A stretch of 64,000 nucleotides of DNA from Opitutales bacterium (GTDB lineage Bacteria > Verrucomicrobiota > Verrucomicrobiia > Opitutales > UBA2987): assembly GCA_965226885.1 (NCBI GenBank), contig CBDDEL010000017.1, positions 64,001 to 128,000 of the forward strand, written 5' to 3'. Below the pieces are notes generated by a model. That model was not told the DNA's origin, did no database searches, and saw only the letters and a program-made list of their open reading frames with translations. The translations under genes and the position numbers were made by a program. Positions 42,478 to 51,697 of the stretch are shown here, one piece after another; positions within the stretch are counted from its first letter, which is position 1; each line of letters opens with the position of its first letter.

Positions 42478-42731
42478 TTAGCCAGCTTATCTTTCAGGAC
42501 CCTGTTGGGTTTGATCCTGGACTCTATTCGGCGGTTTTGAAGTCGGGAACCGAATTTGAATACATTCCTGGCGTTGTCGTGCCGGAAGCCTCAACCGTTT
42601 TTTCCATCAGCTTGCTGGTTCTGGCAGCGGGCGGCGATTTTTACCGCCGAAGGAAACTAGTCATAAAAACCTGAGTCTACGAATCATTCATTCGTCTTCT
42701 TAATGTTATAGAAATTAAGGAAGGCAAGGAC

Positions 42732-43193
42732 TCATGTATTTGGCTTATTCTCTTTATTATCCGTTATGGATTCAAAAAAGAGATAGGCGCTGATTGCGAC
42801 CAGTGCCAGGTTCCTGAAAAATGCGAACTGCACGGTGCCGAAAATGGTATTTTTTTCCATAGCGGTGCCGAAACATCCGCAATCAATTTCAAGACCCCGC
42901 ACCCAGGCTTGCCCCGTCGCAATAAGAAAAACCGCCATCAACATGAGGATGACCCCTAGGGTGGATTCCGGCCAGAAACCCGTCAGCAAGGAAAGTCCAC
43001 AGACCAGTTCGAGCCAAGGCAATGTGACGGCTGCGAAACGCAGAAAAAATTCAGGCAGGGGGAGCCGGTAATCGAAGAGATTGACCAAAAAATTCTGCGG
43101 ATCGACCATTTTCCCCAAAGCGGCCCAGATGAAGACAATGCCAAGCAGCCACCGTAACCCAAGCGTTATGGCGTATTTACCGGGCAGGTTCAT
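42732..43193 (-). CDS. MauE/DoxX-family membrane protein
   Basis: LRWLLGIVFIWAALGK, LPWLELVCG, RGLEIDCGCFG, RN. Confidence 0.88.
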   Translation of the reverse strand: MNLPGKYAITLGLRWLLGIVFIWAALGKMVDPQNFLVNLFDYRLPLPEFFLRFAAVTLPWLELVCGLSLLTGFWPESTLGVILMLMAVFLIATGQAWVRGLEIDCGCFGTAMEKNTIFGTVQFAFFRNLALVAISAYLFFESITDNKENKPNT

Positions 43194-43443
43194 TTTTTTT
43201 CTCCGAACCGCCGCGAATTAGGGTCACCGCTTCGGTTTTGTTTTCTATAATGGATTTTGATTCCGAATCGTGAGAAGCTGCCGGGTGCGGTTCGGATGGC
43301 GCCTCATGACGGGCTTTTTTGGTAATCAAAGGGATGCCGTTGGGATTTACAGAATTGAAGGCAATTCCCATGAGCAGCGATACGCCAATCAATGCGATGG
43401 CCCGTAGTGTTAATCGAGTCAGAAGATTCATCTCTTTACGCAT
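43177..43443 (-). CDS. Hypothetical single-TM protein
   Basis: TM followed by FNSVNPNGIPL; overlaps the DoxX start; co-oriented between dsbA-like and doxX genes. Confidence 0.6.
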   Translation of the reverse strand: MRKEMNLLTRLTLRAIALIGVSLLMGIAFNSVNPNGIPLITKKARHEAPSEPHPAASHDSESKSIIENKTEAVTLIRGGSEKKNEPAR

Positions 43444-43501
43444 TGGTTTGAAATTTCCTGCTGTTGTTTACGATGCCAAAATGAATGAAATATTTTATTA
43501 A

Positions 43502-44626
43502 TTAATGCTCTTCCAATAATAGGTTAATCTGGCGCTTGAAATCCGTCCAATAGCGAGACCCGGCCACGAGTTCGCCTTCGACATCGCCCGTTTCCATGGG
43601 ATGTCCGAGGATGAAGCTTGGGGTCTGGCGAATGCCGAGGCTTTTCGCTCTCAATTTTTCTTTCTGTATTTCCCCAGTGTATAAGTTGCTTTCCAGACAA
43701 GCCTGGAATAGTTCCAGATCAAGCCCCAATTCAGCGGCCAAAGACTGGAAGGTATCGGGTCCCAGATTTAGATTGTTTTCGAAAAGCAAATCACGCATGG
43801 CCCAATACCGCCCCTGATCACCAGCGCAATAGGAAGCTTCGGCCGCTTTTTGCGAGTGTCGGTTGTTGTTCAAGGGAAAATTTCCGCTCAAAAAATAAAC
43901 CAGACCGGTATCGACATATTCTTCCTTTATTTTTGGGAATGTTATCTCATGAAACATGCGGCAGTGCCCGCATTCATAGTCGGAGTATTCGATGATGACA
44001 ATTTTGGCTTCGGTACTGCCGACCCCAAATCGAAGCGGTTCCGGGAACCGAAATATTTTTCCCGACCCGCCAATATTTTGTCTATTTCGGGTCGAAGCTT
44101 CAGACTCCTGAGCTTTTGTTTTCGGAGCGGTTTTGGCGGCAGCTTTGCGGCTTTCCCCTACTACCATTTTTTTGGGGGCCTGGGCGAGGTTCTGATCGGG
44201 TTCCAGTTTTTGAAAACCGTTTTTTCCGTCGTTAAACCAGATGCGCAGATTCAGATTGGGGAATGTGTTTATTACGGAGTCGGTCAATGCAGGCATATTT
44301 TGTTCGACAGAACCGAGGTAAACCGTGTAAACGCCATCGACCACGGGAAGTTCGTTGGCTTGGTGGGGAATGCCGGAAGCATCCGCTGCTGAACTGCTCC
44401 ATAGAAGCTCCCCTTTTTGACTCAGGAGGACGAATTTGAACTGGCCGGTTCCGTTAAAAGATTGCCCATCTACAACGAGATTTCCGCGGTAGGAGATGGT
44501 GTCTCCCTCCACCCCCCGGAGGCCGTTGCTTCCCAAGTTCAGAGTGGTGAAAACGATGAGCAGCCATCTGCAACCGCTCTTGAATCGATTGACGAATCTG
44601 TTTGTTGGCATTTTGTAATGATGCAT
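43502..44626 (-). CDS. DsbA/thioredoxin_4-family oxidoreductase with extra N-terminal domain
   Basis: IIEYSDYECGHC, AAEASYCAGDQGRYW, cis-Pro loop QTPSF. Confidence 0.85.
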   Translation of the reverse strand: MHHYKMPTNRFVNRFKSGCRWLLIVFTTLNLGSNGLRGVEGDTISYRGNLVVDGQSFNGTGQFKFVLLSQKGELLWSSSAADASGIPHQANELPVVDGVYTVYLGSVEQNMPALTDSVINTFPNLNLRIWFNDGKNGFQKLEPDQNLAQAPKKMVVGESRKAAAKTAPKTKAQESEASTRNRQNIGGSGKIFRFPEPLRFGVGSTEAKIVIIEYSDYECGHCRMFHEITFPKIKEEYVDTGLVYFLSGNFPLNNNRHSQKAAEASYCAGDQGRYWAMRDLLFENNLNLGPDTFQSLAAELGLDLELFQACLESNLYTGEIQKEKLRAKSLGIRQTPSFILGHPMETGDVEGELVAGSRYWTDFKRQINLLLEEH

Positions 44627-44818
44627 AGACCTAATTAATGGAGAGTGTACGGATTGATTGAAGTTGGCAAGTTCAAGTGAGACAACGCCCAGTAATTCCG
44701 ATATGGTTAAATTTCTCGGTTCCGTTAGAATTTTATGGACAAGTAAACTATGTTAAATTAAAGCCATACTTTTATTAGAAGCATCAATATTGCCTAACCG
44801 ACAGTATATAATTCCCAA

Positions 44819-45898
44819 ATGCGATTTAACCGGCGATCCTTATTAAGGCATAAAGTTCAAGTACGTTGGCTTGTGCCGTTGATCTTATCTCTTGCCACAG
44901 TATTCAATCCTTTGTTTGCGAATGGCATCAAAGATTCTTTGTTAAAAGAACCGGTGCCCATAAAGATTGTGGACCCTGTTTACCCGTTTGAGTTTCACCA
45001 AACAAAGGTGGAAACCATGGTGGAAATGCTCGTCGAGATAAACGAAAATGGAGAGGTCGAGGAAGTCAGCGTGTTGAGCGGCCCGCATGTTTCTTTTGGA
45101 AATGCCGCCCTCGGTGCGGTTCGCCGATGGAAATTCAAGCCAGCTATGAAAGACGGAAAAGCGATAGCCGTGCGGCGCGTCCTGCCCATCTTTTTTTCCT
45201 ATTCGGGCCGAAAGTATCCAGCAAAATCCGTAAATTTGTCCCGAATTTCAAAGTCTCGGAAAAATCAAAACGTGGTTTCCGCTGAGATACTCGATCACCA
45301 TCAGCCGGCCTATCCGTTTGAGTTGCTCTCAAAAAGCATTGATGGAAACGCCAAGTTAAACTTTGCCGTGAGTGAGGATGGTTCTGTTTCAAGCGTTGAA
45401 ATAGAGGAGCAATCCCATCCGGAATTTGGCCATGCCGCCGCGGCTGCCTTGATGCATTGGAAATTCAAGCCCGTGAAAAAGGATGGCCAAATAATTCCTT
45501 TTTCTCTCCAGCAGGAGTTTTCCTTCAACCGAAGTTATCTGGAACCTACAATTCGCAATTGGGTCCGGCAACTCAAGAATTCCAAAGTTGATTTTATCAC
45601 TAAGCCCAAGGAACTGGATAAAAACCCGAGGCCAATTTTAAGGAAAATGCCGGTTTACCCACCGGCGCTCGCCCACAAGGCTGCTGAGGGAAAGGTAAAG
45701 ATTCGGTTTATAGTTGATAAAAAGGGAAAAGTCCGGTTGCCCAGAGTAGAAGAGGCTAGCGACCCATTGTTCGGATATGCAGCCGTGGCGGCCATTTCAT
45801 TGTGGAAATTTGAACCGCCCCTCAAAGATGGCGAGCCGGTTATTACGGAATTTGTCCTGCCAATGACTTTTAAGCTGGAATTCGCCGAGGTTCTTTGA
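44819..45898 (+). CDS. TonB-family protein with three TonB_C domains
   Basis: Three repeats P.YP...G.V...FG.AA...WKF.P..KDG; signal/TM at N-terminus. Confidence 0.85.
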   Translation: MRFNRRSLLRHKVQVRWLVPLILSLATVFNPLFANGIKDSLLKEPVPIKIVDPVYPFEFHQTKVETMVEMLVEINENGEVEEVSVLSGPHVSFGNAALGAVRRWKFKPAMKDGKAIAVRRVLPIFFSYSGRKYPAKSVNLSRISKSRKNQNVVSAEILDHHQPAYPFELLSKSIDGNAKLNFAVSEDGSVSSVEIEEQSHPEFGHAAAAALMHWKFKPVKKDGQIIPFSLQQEFSFNRSYLEPTIRNWVRQLKNSKVDFITKPKELDKNPRPILRKMPVYPPALAHKAAEGKVKIRFIVDKKGKVRLPRVEEASDPLFGYAAVAAISLWKFEPPLKDGEPVITEFVLPMTFKLEFAEVL

Positions 45899-45960
45899 GA
45901 ATAGAACCAGATTTATAAGTCTGTTGCTTGATAAGTAGAAATTGCATATTACCTTAATTA

Positions 45961-47777
45961 GAGGCTGTCCCAAAAATATAAAGATTTTATAGTCAACTGG
46001 ATGACGTTGATAAAAAGAGCCGGAAAGAGCAAGTTTTTGCTCGATCCGGCCAAAAAAGGGTTCTATAATTGAGTTAGCGAAAATCAATATAGCCCTTTCT
46101 ATGAAAAATATAGCCATCCAATGCCTCCTGCGTCCAGCTTTAACTGTGGTCGACCGGTGCCTCGATTACGATAACTTCCGCGCCACCATTGATCGAATCG
46201 ATCGGCTGCTGATCGACTCGGAGGTGGAATCGCAGGCCATTGAGCTGGCCTTGGAGGGGTGGCCGCCAATGGGTCTAAAGGCCCGGCGGCAGCGGGCCAG
46301 TTTTGCCATCAAGGCACTGCGCATGGATACGCTGGGCCGTCTGCTCGGAGGGATTTCGTTTCGGCATTTGTCGCGGGCTCTGGGCAGCAGCGATCTGTTG
46401 GCCGACTTTTGCCGTGTCCGGCAGATCGATGGCATCAGGGGCATCTCCAAAAGCACCCTGGAGCGGGCCTCGAAGTTTTTCAGCGAAGAGCAGTTGAGGG
46501 CCTTGCACCGGACCTTGACTGAGGTGGTGGGCGATGCCCTTCTGGCCCGGCAGGTGGGATTGGACAAGCCGATTGACACCACCATTTGCCTGATCGACGG
46601 CACCTGTTTGGAGGCTAACATTCATTGGCCGACGGACTGGGTATTACTCAAGGATGTAGCCGGCACGTTGCTCAAAGCGATCCGGCTGATCCGCGAGAAG
46701 GCCGGTGTGCGCCATCGCATGCCGATCGAACCGGAGCCCTTGGCTCGGCAGATGAATCGGCTGTGCATACAGATGACCCACAGCCGGCGGCGAAAGGACA
46801 GCGCGCGGCAGCGCAAGGGTATCTTGAGGCAGATGAAAAAGCTGCTCAAACGGATCGGGGAGCATGCCCGCAGTCACCGGGAATTATTGCAAGCCTGCTG
46901 GGAGCAAAGCGATTACAGCGAAAAACAGGTCCAACAGATCCTCGCCCGGATGGAGCGCATGAGCGAGCAAATCCCGGTGGTCATCAAACAGGCGCACGAG
47001 CGGATCATTGGCGGCCGCCAGGTGAAAAACGCAGAGAAAGTCTTGAGTGTTTACGAACTCGATGGGCAGGTGATTGTGCGAGGTAAAGCGGGCCAAGAGG
47101 TCGAGTTCGGCAACACCCTGTTTTTGGGAGAAAGCGTTGAAGGGTACCTGCTGGACTGGAAACTCTACGGCAGCCGAACTCCAAGCGAAAATGAACAAAT
47201 GCAAGAGAGTTTGCAAAGACAGAACCGCTTCAACCTGGAAGAACCCATAGCGGCCATGTGCGCGGACCGGGGATTTGCCTCCCAGCGGGCCCGCCGGCAG
47301 TTAGCCCAGGAGGGAATCTACGACGCGCTCTGTCCACGCGATCCGAAGCAGTTGAAAAAACGGATGGAGGAACCACTGTTCAGGCAATTGCAAAAGCGCC
47401 GGGCCAGCACCGAAGGGCGGATCGGGGTATTGAAGAATCGCTGGCAGGCCGGGCGGTTGCGCAGCAAAGGCTTTGCCAACCGCTCGATCAGCGTAGCCTG
47501 GTCGGTACTCTCGCACAACCTATGGAAAGTAGCCAAGATGCTGGCCCAGCAAGACGAACTAAAAGCCAAAGCGGCGGCCTAGAGAGCGGAAAAGCAAGGA
47601 CAATACTTTTTCACAGCCTTACTGTCGGCTCATACAAAGAAAACCAGGCAACCGGACCCCAAAACCAGTATCCTAACGTCATAGGAGAGCAAAGTTGATA
47701 CTCTCCCAAATGCAAATACCTCTAAAATGAGCGCCTATCAAAAGCCCTCGCAAAAATCACCCTTTTGGGACAGCCTC
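45961..47777 (+). mobile_element. IS5-like/ISNCY insertion sequence (1817 bp)
   Basis: 15-bp perfect IRs GAGGCTGTCCCAAAA / TTTTGGGACAGCCTC; both flanks TAATTA. Confidence 0.9.
46101..47582 (+). CDS. DDE transposase (IS5-like/ISNCY)
   Basis: IDGTCLEANIHWPTD, RGKAGQEVEFG, ADRGF, RASTEGRIGVLK. Confidence 0.88.
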   Translation: MKNIAIQCLLRPALTVVDRCLDYDNFRATIDRIDRLLIDSEVESQAIELALEGWPPMGLKARRQRASFAIKALRMDTLGRLLGGISFRHLSRALGSSDLLADFCRVRQIDGIRGISKSTLERASKFFSEEQLRALHRTLTEVVGDALLARQVGLDKPIDTTICLIDGTCLEANIHWPTDWVLLKDVAGTLLKAIRLIREKAGVRHRMPIEPEPLARQMNRLCIQMTHSRRRKDSARQRKGILRQMKKLLKRIGEHARSHRELLQACWEQSDYSEKQVQQILARMERMSEQIPVVIKQAHERIIGGRQVKNAEKVLSVYELDGQVIVRGKAGQEVEFGNTLFLGESVEGYLLDWKLYGSRTPSENEQMQESLQRQNRFNLEEPIAAMCADRGFASQRARRQLAQEGIYDALCPRDPKQLKKRMEEPLFRQLQKRRASTEGRIGVLKNRWQAGRLRSKGFANRSISVAWSVLSHNLWKVAKMLAQQDELKAKAAA

Positions 47778-47883
47778 TAATTAGATTTACAGGCTTATGG
47801 ATTCGGGTGTCGGGGCACAACGCAGTTTCCTGCATCCATCCATTAAAAATGCCGGGGAAGCGGGATTCTCACCCTGGCTCCCA

Positions 47884-48073
47884 GCCGCGGCAGTGAGCTT
47901 GATGAAACCCATTCTGCCTTACGCCCTTTCTTTTACGGCCGGAGCGATGATATTTGTCGTGGTGGAAGAGTTGATACCCGAATCCCAATTAGGCGAAAAA
48001 CACCGATATCGCCACTATGGGAACATTGCTTGGATTTACGGTAATGATGGTGCTGGATGTGGCCCTGGGGTAA
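47884..48073 (+). pseudogene. ZIP/GufA-family metal transporter C-terminal remnant, frameshifted
   Basis: [35 protein letters not shown]; after the A5 run (47996-48000) another frame gives [23 protein letters not shown]. Confidence 0.82.
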
Positions 48074-48228
48074 ATTCCTTCAGACCGGATTTTCAGGCAG
48101 GTGAGCAAAATCTGGACAAATTCAGATTTTTTCTATATATTAAAGAGACTTAAATCATTTAGGGGGAAAGGTGCCTTGATGCCTGGAGCGTTGGGGGGGG
48201 ACATCATTTCAATAATCTTTTTAACTCA

Positions 48229-48723
48229 ATGCCAAAAAAATTCGCCAATACAGTCACTTTGAAATTTCTTCAATCCCATGCCCTCTTTGGAGGCATCGAA
48301 GATGAAGAATTGATAAAATTCCTCACCTTCATGGAGCAGGAAGAATACCCCAAAGGGAAAAAAATCGTCATCGAAGGGGACCCGGGGAATTGCCTCTTTT
48401 TAATTGCTGAGGGCTCTGTTGAGATACTCAAAACCGTTCCCGGTGCGGGTCATGACGATGGCGAACAAATTGCCACATTGGGAAAGGGTGAAACGTTCGG
48501 AGAAATGGCCATCATCGATTTGCACACCCGTTCTGCCACCGTGCGAGCCCTGGAAGATTCAATTGTCCTCATTCTTTCGCAGAAAAGCCTCTCCCGGATT
48601 TGGCACAACCACCCGAAAATTTACACCTTGATCCTCATGAATCTGGCTAGGGAAATCAGCATGAGGCTGCGCAGTATTGACACCCGGTTCGCCATTTCAC
48701 TTTTTTCCGTAAAGGGTAAATAA
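48229..48723 (+). CDS. Stand-alone cyclic nucleotide-binding domain protein
   Basis: EGDPG..LFLIAEGSV, GETFGEMA, RSATVRA; no HTH. Confidence 0.88.
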   Translation: MPKKFANTVTLKFLQSHALFGGIEDEELIKFLTFMEQEEYPKGKKIVIEGDPGNCLFLIAEGSVEILKTVPGAGHDDGEQIATLGKGETFGEMAIIDLHTRSATVRALEDSIVLILSQKSLSRIWHNHPKIYTLILMNLAREISMRLRSIDTRFAISLFSVKGK

Positions 48724-48749
48724 GTCCTCAAAACCCAGCGGGACAGGTC

Positions 48750-50627
48750 TTATTCTCTCCGGGTCACCTGTTCCAGAAGACGGTAGATTCGGTCCACCAT
48801 CCCGCGAGGGTCTTCATTGTAGCCCGCCGCCACCAAGGCGGTATCGTAAATCTGTTCCACAACCTGCCCGGCCAGTTCCTCTTCCTTCTCATAAATGGAG
48901 AAGAGGTTTTTAACCAATGGATGACCTAGATGGATCTCCAGATTTACCTTGGGTTGAGCGGCGACATCCTGCTGCATGGCTTTCATCATGCGGCGCATGG
49001 TGGGCGAGATCATTTTATCGGCATTCAGAACGATCGCCGGGCTGTCCACCAATCGCTTGCTCCCGGTCACTTTGTCAACGCGATCTTCAAGTTGTTTTTT
49101 AATCCATTCGCACAACCGGGTTTCCTCATCCCTGGTCAACGATTCCGCTTCGCTTTGGTCTTGGCCTAAATTCTCAATTTGCACCTCGGCCTGATCCGCC
49201 GACACCAGTGATTTGCCATCGAACTCATTCAGATGGCTCATGACGAACTCATCGATAGGCTCATAGAGAAAAAGGACCTCCAGGCTACTCGCCTTGAACG
49301 CTTCCAGATAAGGCCCCGCTTCGATCGTTTCACGGTTGGGGGCAAAATAATAATAAATCTCCTTTTGGCCCTCTTTCATGCCCTCGACATAATCCGCCAG
49401 ACTGGTAAATTCATTCTCCTCCCGATGGGAAGATTCATACCGCAGCAATTTTCCCAATTGTTCGCGGTGGCTGAAGTCCGAAGTAATCCCCTCTTTCAAA
49501 AATATCCCGTGATTTTTGTAAATCTCCAGGTAATGATCGGGGTTTTTCTTGGCGATGCCCTCGAGGTGCTTGAGAAAGCGGCGCGTCAGCAATTTGTTTA
49601 ATTTTTTAACCAGAGCGCTGTCCTGCATGGTTTCGCGGGAAATATTGAGAGGCAAATCGGCGCTATCGACCACCCCCCTCAAAAAGCGGAGCCATTCGGG
49701 CAGCAGCCCTTCCGGCTTGGAATCTATAAGAACCTTGCGGCAATAAAGGCTCACACTCGATTCCAGCCGCATAGATCCCATCTTTTCCATGTTCGTTTTG
49801 GGAACGAAAAGCAGGGCGTTGATGGCCAGGGGGGCATCCGCACTGAAATGCAGCCGCGTGCTCGGCTCGTCGAATGCATTGGCCTGAAATTTATAAAACT
49901 CGGTATATTCCTCTTCCTTGATTTCGTTTTTATTGCGCAGCCATAAAGCCTGGATCTTGTTCACCCGCTCTCCGTTCAGATTGATGGGGAACTGCACAAA
50001 ACTCGAGTAGCGGGTCAAAATATCCTTAACCGTGGCCTCTTTGGAGAATTCCTTTTCCTCCTCTTTGAGCAGCATGACTACCTTGCAGCCCCGGCGCTGC
50101 CCCTCGACCGTCTCAATTTGATAATTTCCAACGCCATCGCTGGTCCAGACCAGATGCTCGCCCTCTTTTTGCCATGAACGGGTATAAACCTTCACCTCAT
50201 CGGCCACCATGAAGGCGCTGTAAAAACCGACTCCGAATTGGCCGATTAGATCGCCCGTAGATTCCGGTCCCTCCTTCAACGCCTGCAAAAATGCCTTCGA
50301 GCCGGAATGGGCAATGGTGCCGAGGTTTTCCACCAATTCCGCACGGCTCATACCCAAGCCGAAATCCTGAATGGTAATCGTTCCCGCCGTTTCATCGGTC
50401 GTCAGGTTGATTTCCATCTCCAGCTTGTCGTCAAATATCTCCTTTTCGACCAATTGCACATGCCGGAGCTTTTCCAGCGCATCAGAGGCATTGGAAACCA
50501 ACTCACGCACAAAAATCTCCTTATTCGTATAAAGGGAATGGACCACTATATCCAGAAGCTGGGAAACCTCCGCCTGGAACGAGTGTTTTTCGATTCTCTC
50601 CTCTTTGTCTTTGCTTACTGTAGTCAT
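48750..50627 (-). CDS. htpG: Hsp90 chaperone HtpG
   Basis: FQAEV..LL..VVHSLY, RELVSNASDA, NLGTIAHSG, IGQFGVGFYSAF, LPLNISRE. Confidence 0.97.
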   Translation of the reverse strand: MTTVSKDKEERIEKHSFQAEVSQLLDIVVHSLYTNKEIFVRELVSNASDALEKLRHVQLVEKEIFDDKLEMEINLTTDETAGTITIQDFGLGMSRAELVENLGTIAHSGSKAFLQALKEGPESTGDLIGQFGVGFYSAFMVADEVKVYTRSWQKEGEHLVWTSDGVGNYQIETVEGQRRGCKVVMLLKEEEKEFSKEATVKDILTRYSSFVQFPINLNGERVNKIQALWLRNKNEIKEEEYTEFYKFQANAFDEPSTRLHFSADAPLAINALLFVPKTNMEKMGSMRLESSVSLYCRKVLIDSKPEGLLPEWLRFLRGVVDSADLPLNISRETMQDSALVKKLNKLLTRRFLKHLEGIAKKNPDHYLEIYKNHGIFLKEGITSDFSHREQLGKLLRYESSHREENEFTSLADYVEGMKEGQKEIYYYFAPNRETIEAGPYLEAFKASSLEVLFLYEPIDEFVMSHLNEFDGKSLVSADQAEVQIENLGQDQSEAESLTRDEETRLCEWIKKQLEDRVDKVTGSKRLVDSPAIVLNADKMISPTMRRMMKAMQQDVAAQPKVNLEIHLGHPLVKNLFSIYEKEEELAGQVVEQIYDTALVAAGYNEDPRGMVDRIYRLLEQVTRRE

Positions 50628-50629
50628 GC

Positions 50630-51697
50630 TGACGTGTACTGGATTTGTTGGACACGGGATTCTCTTATATTCATTGTTTATTGATTAGTGTGTCAGGCGG
50701 CTTGTTTTGGTAAAGGGTTTTGTTTTCTCGTTGCCCCCCATGGGGGGCAAATATTTTCCTCGAATTGGACTGGGCTTTGGTAACTCAGAGAGGAATGTTT
50801 GCGATATCGGTTGTAGAAGATTTCCACGTATTCGAAGACAGTTGATCGCAGTTCGCGCTCGTCGGCAAAGTGGCGGCCTCGAATCGTGCTGGTCTTGAAG
50901 CGGCCGTAGAACGATTCCATGGCCGCGTTGTCGTAGCAGTTGCCTTGGGCGCTCATGCTCGGCTTCATGCCTAGTTCAGAGACCAGCCTCTGATAGTCGT
51001 CGCTGGCGTAGGGGCTGCCCCGATCGCTGTGATGAATAATCCCGGTGCGCAGTGTGCCGCGGGTCATGGCCGCGGCTTTGAGGGCCTTGCCAACCAGCTT
51101 CGCGTCGTTGTGGTTGGAAACGCTCCAGCCCAGCAGGCGTCGGCTGAACAGGTCCATCACCGTGGCCAAGTACATCCAACCGGCCAGGGTCCGTAGGTAG
51201 GTCGTGTCCGCCACCCAGACCTCGTCGATATGGGTCGGCTGGCCATGCTTTTTAAGCACATTGGGGCTGTAACCATAGGGATGGTTACTGTTGGTTCTTA
51301 ATGGCTTAAAGCGTTTACTCTGGGTGCTTTTGATTCCCATTTCACGCATCAGACGCAGAGCCCGGTCACGGCCGCAATCGATGCCCTCATCATCCTTCAG
51401 ATGGCGGTGCATTGGCCGATGCCCATAGCGGCCCTTGGCCTCTTTGTGTACCTTCAGGATCGCCCCCTTGATTCCCTCGTCCTCGATCCGCCGGGCCGAG
51501 GGCGCTCGGGGCCTCCAGCAGTAATAGCCACTGCGACAAATCCCCATCGCCGAGCATATTTCCTCGATCTTGAAGCGCCCCTCGTTGTCTTTGACAAACT
51601 GGTACTTCATTGTTCGTCCTTGGCAAAGTAGCCCACCGTTTTTTTTAGTATCTGGTTGATCCGCTCCGAGCGGCGCAGCTCTTTGCGAAGACGATCT
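50630..51697 (-). mobile_element. IS3 type A, 5'-truncated copy (IRR, orfB 50693-51610 open, end of orfA)
   Basis: IRR at 50630; identity to type A stops at 51697 where another IS begins. Confidence 0.93.

Larger units (their letters stand above)
38434..42674 (+). pseudogene. Gly/Thr/Asn-rich beta-repeat surface protein with PEP-CTERM-like tail, broken by a 5-bp duplication and two ISs
   Basis: Signal peptide; fragments 38434-38717, 40054-40910 and 42482-42674 join in frame after repair; ends VVPEASTVFSISLLVLAAGGDFYRRRKLVIKT*. Confidence 0.85.

Noticed and set aside
35975..51697. Composite transposon bounded by inverted IS3 type A copies
   Set aside because: The right copy has lost its outer end, no flanking duplication exists, and the cargo includes core htpG.
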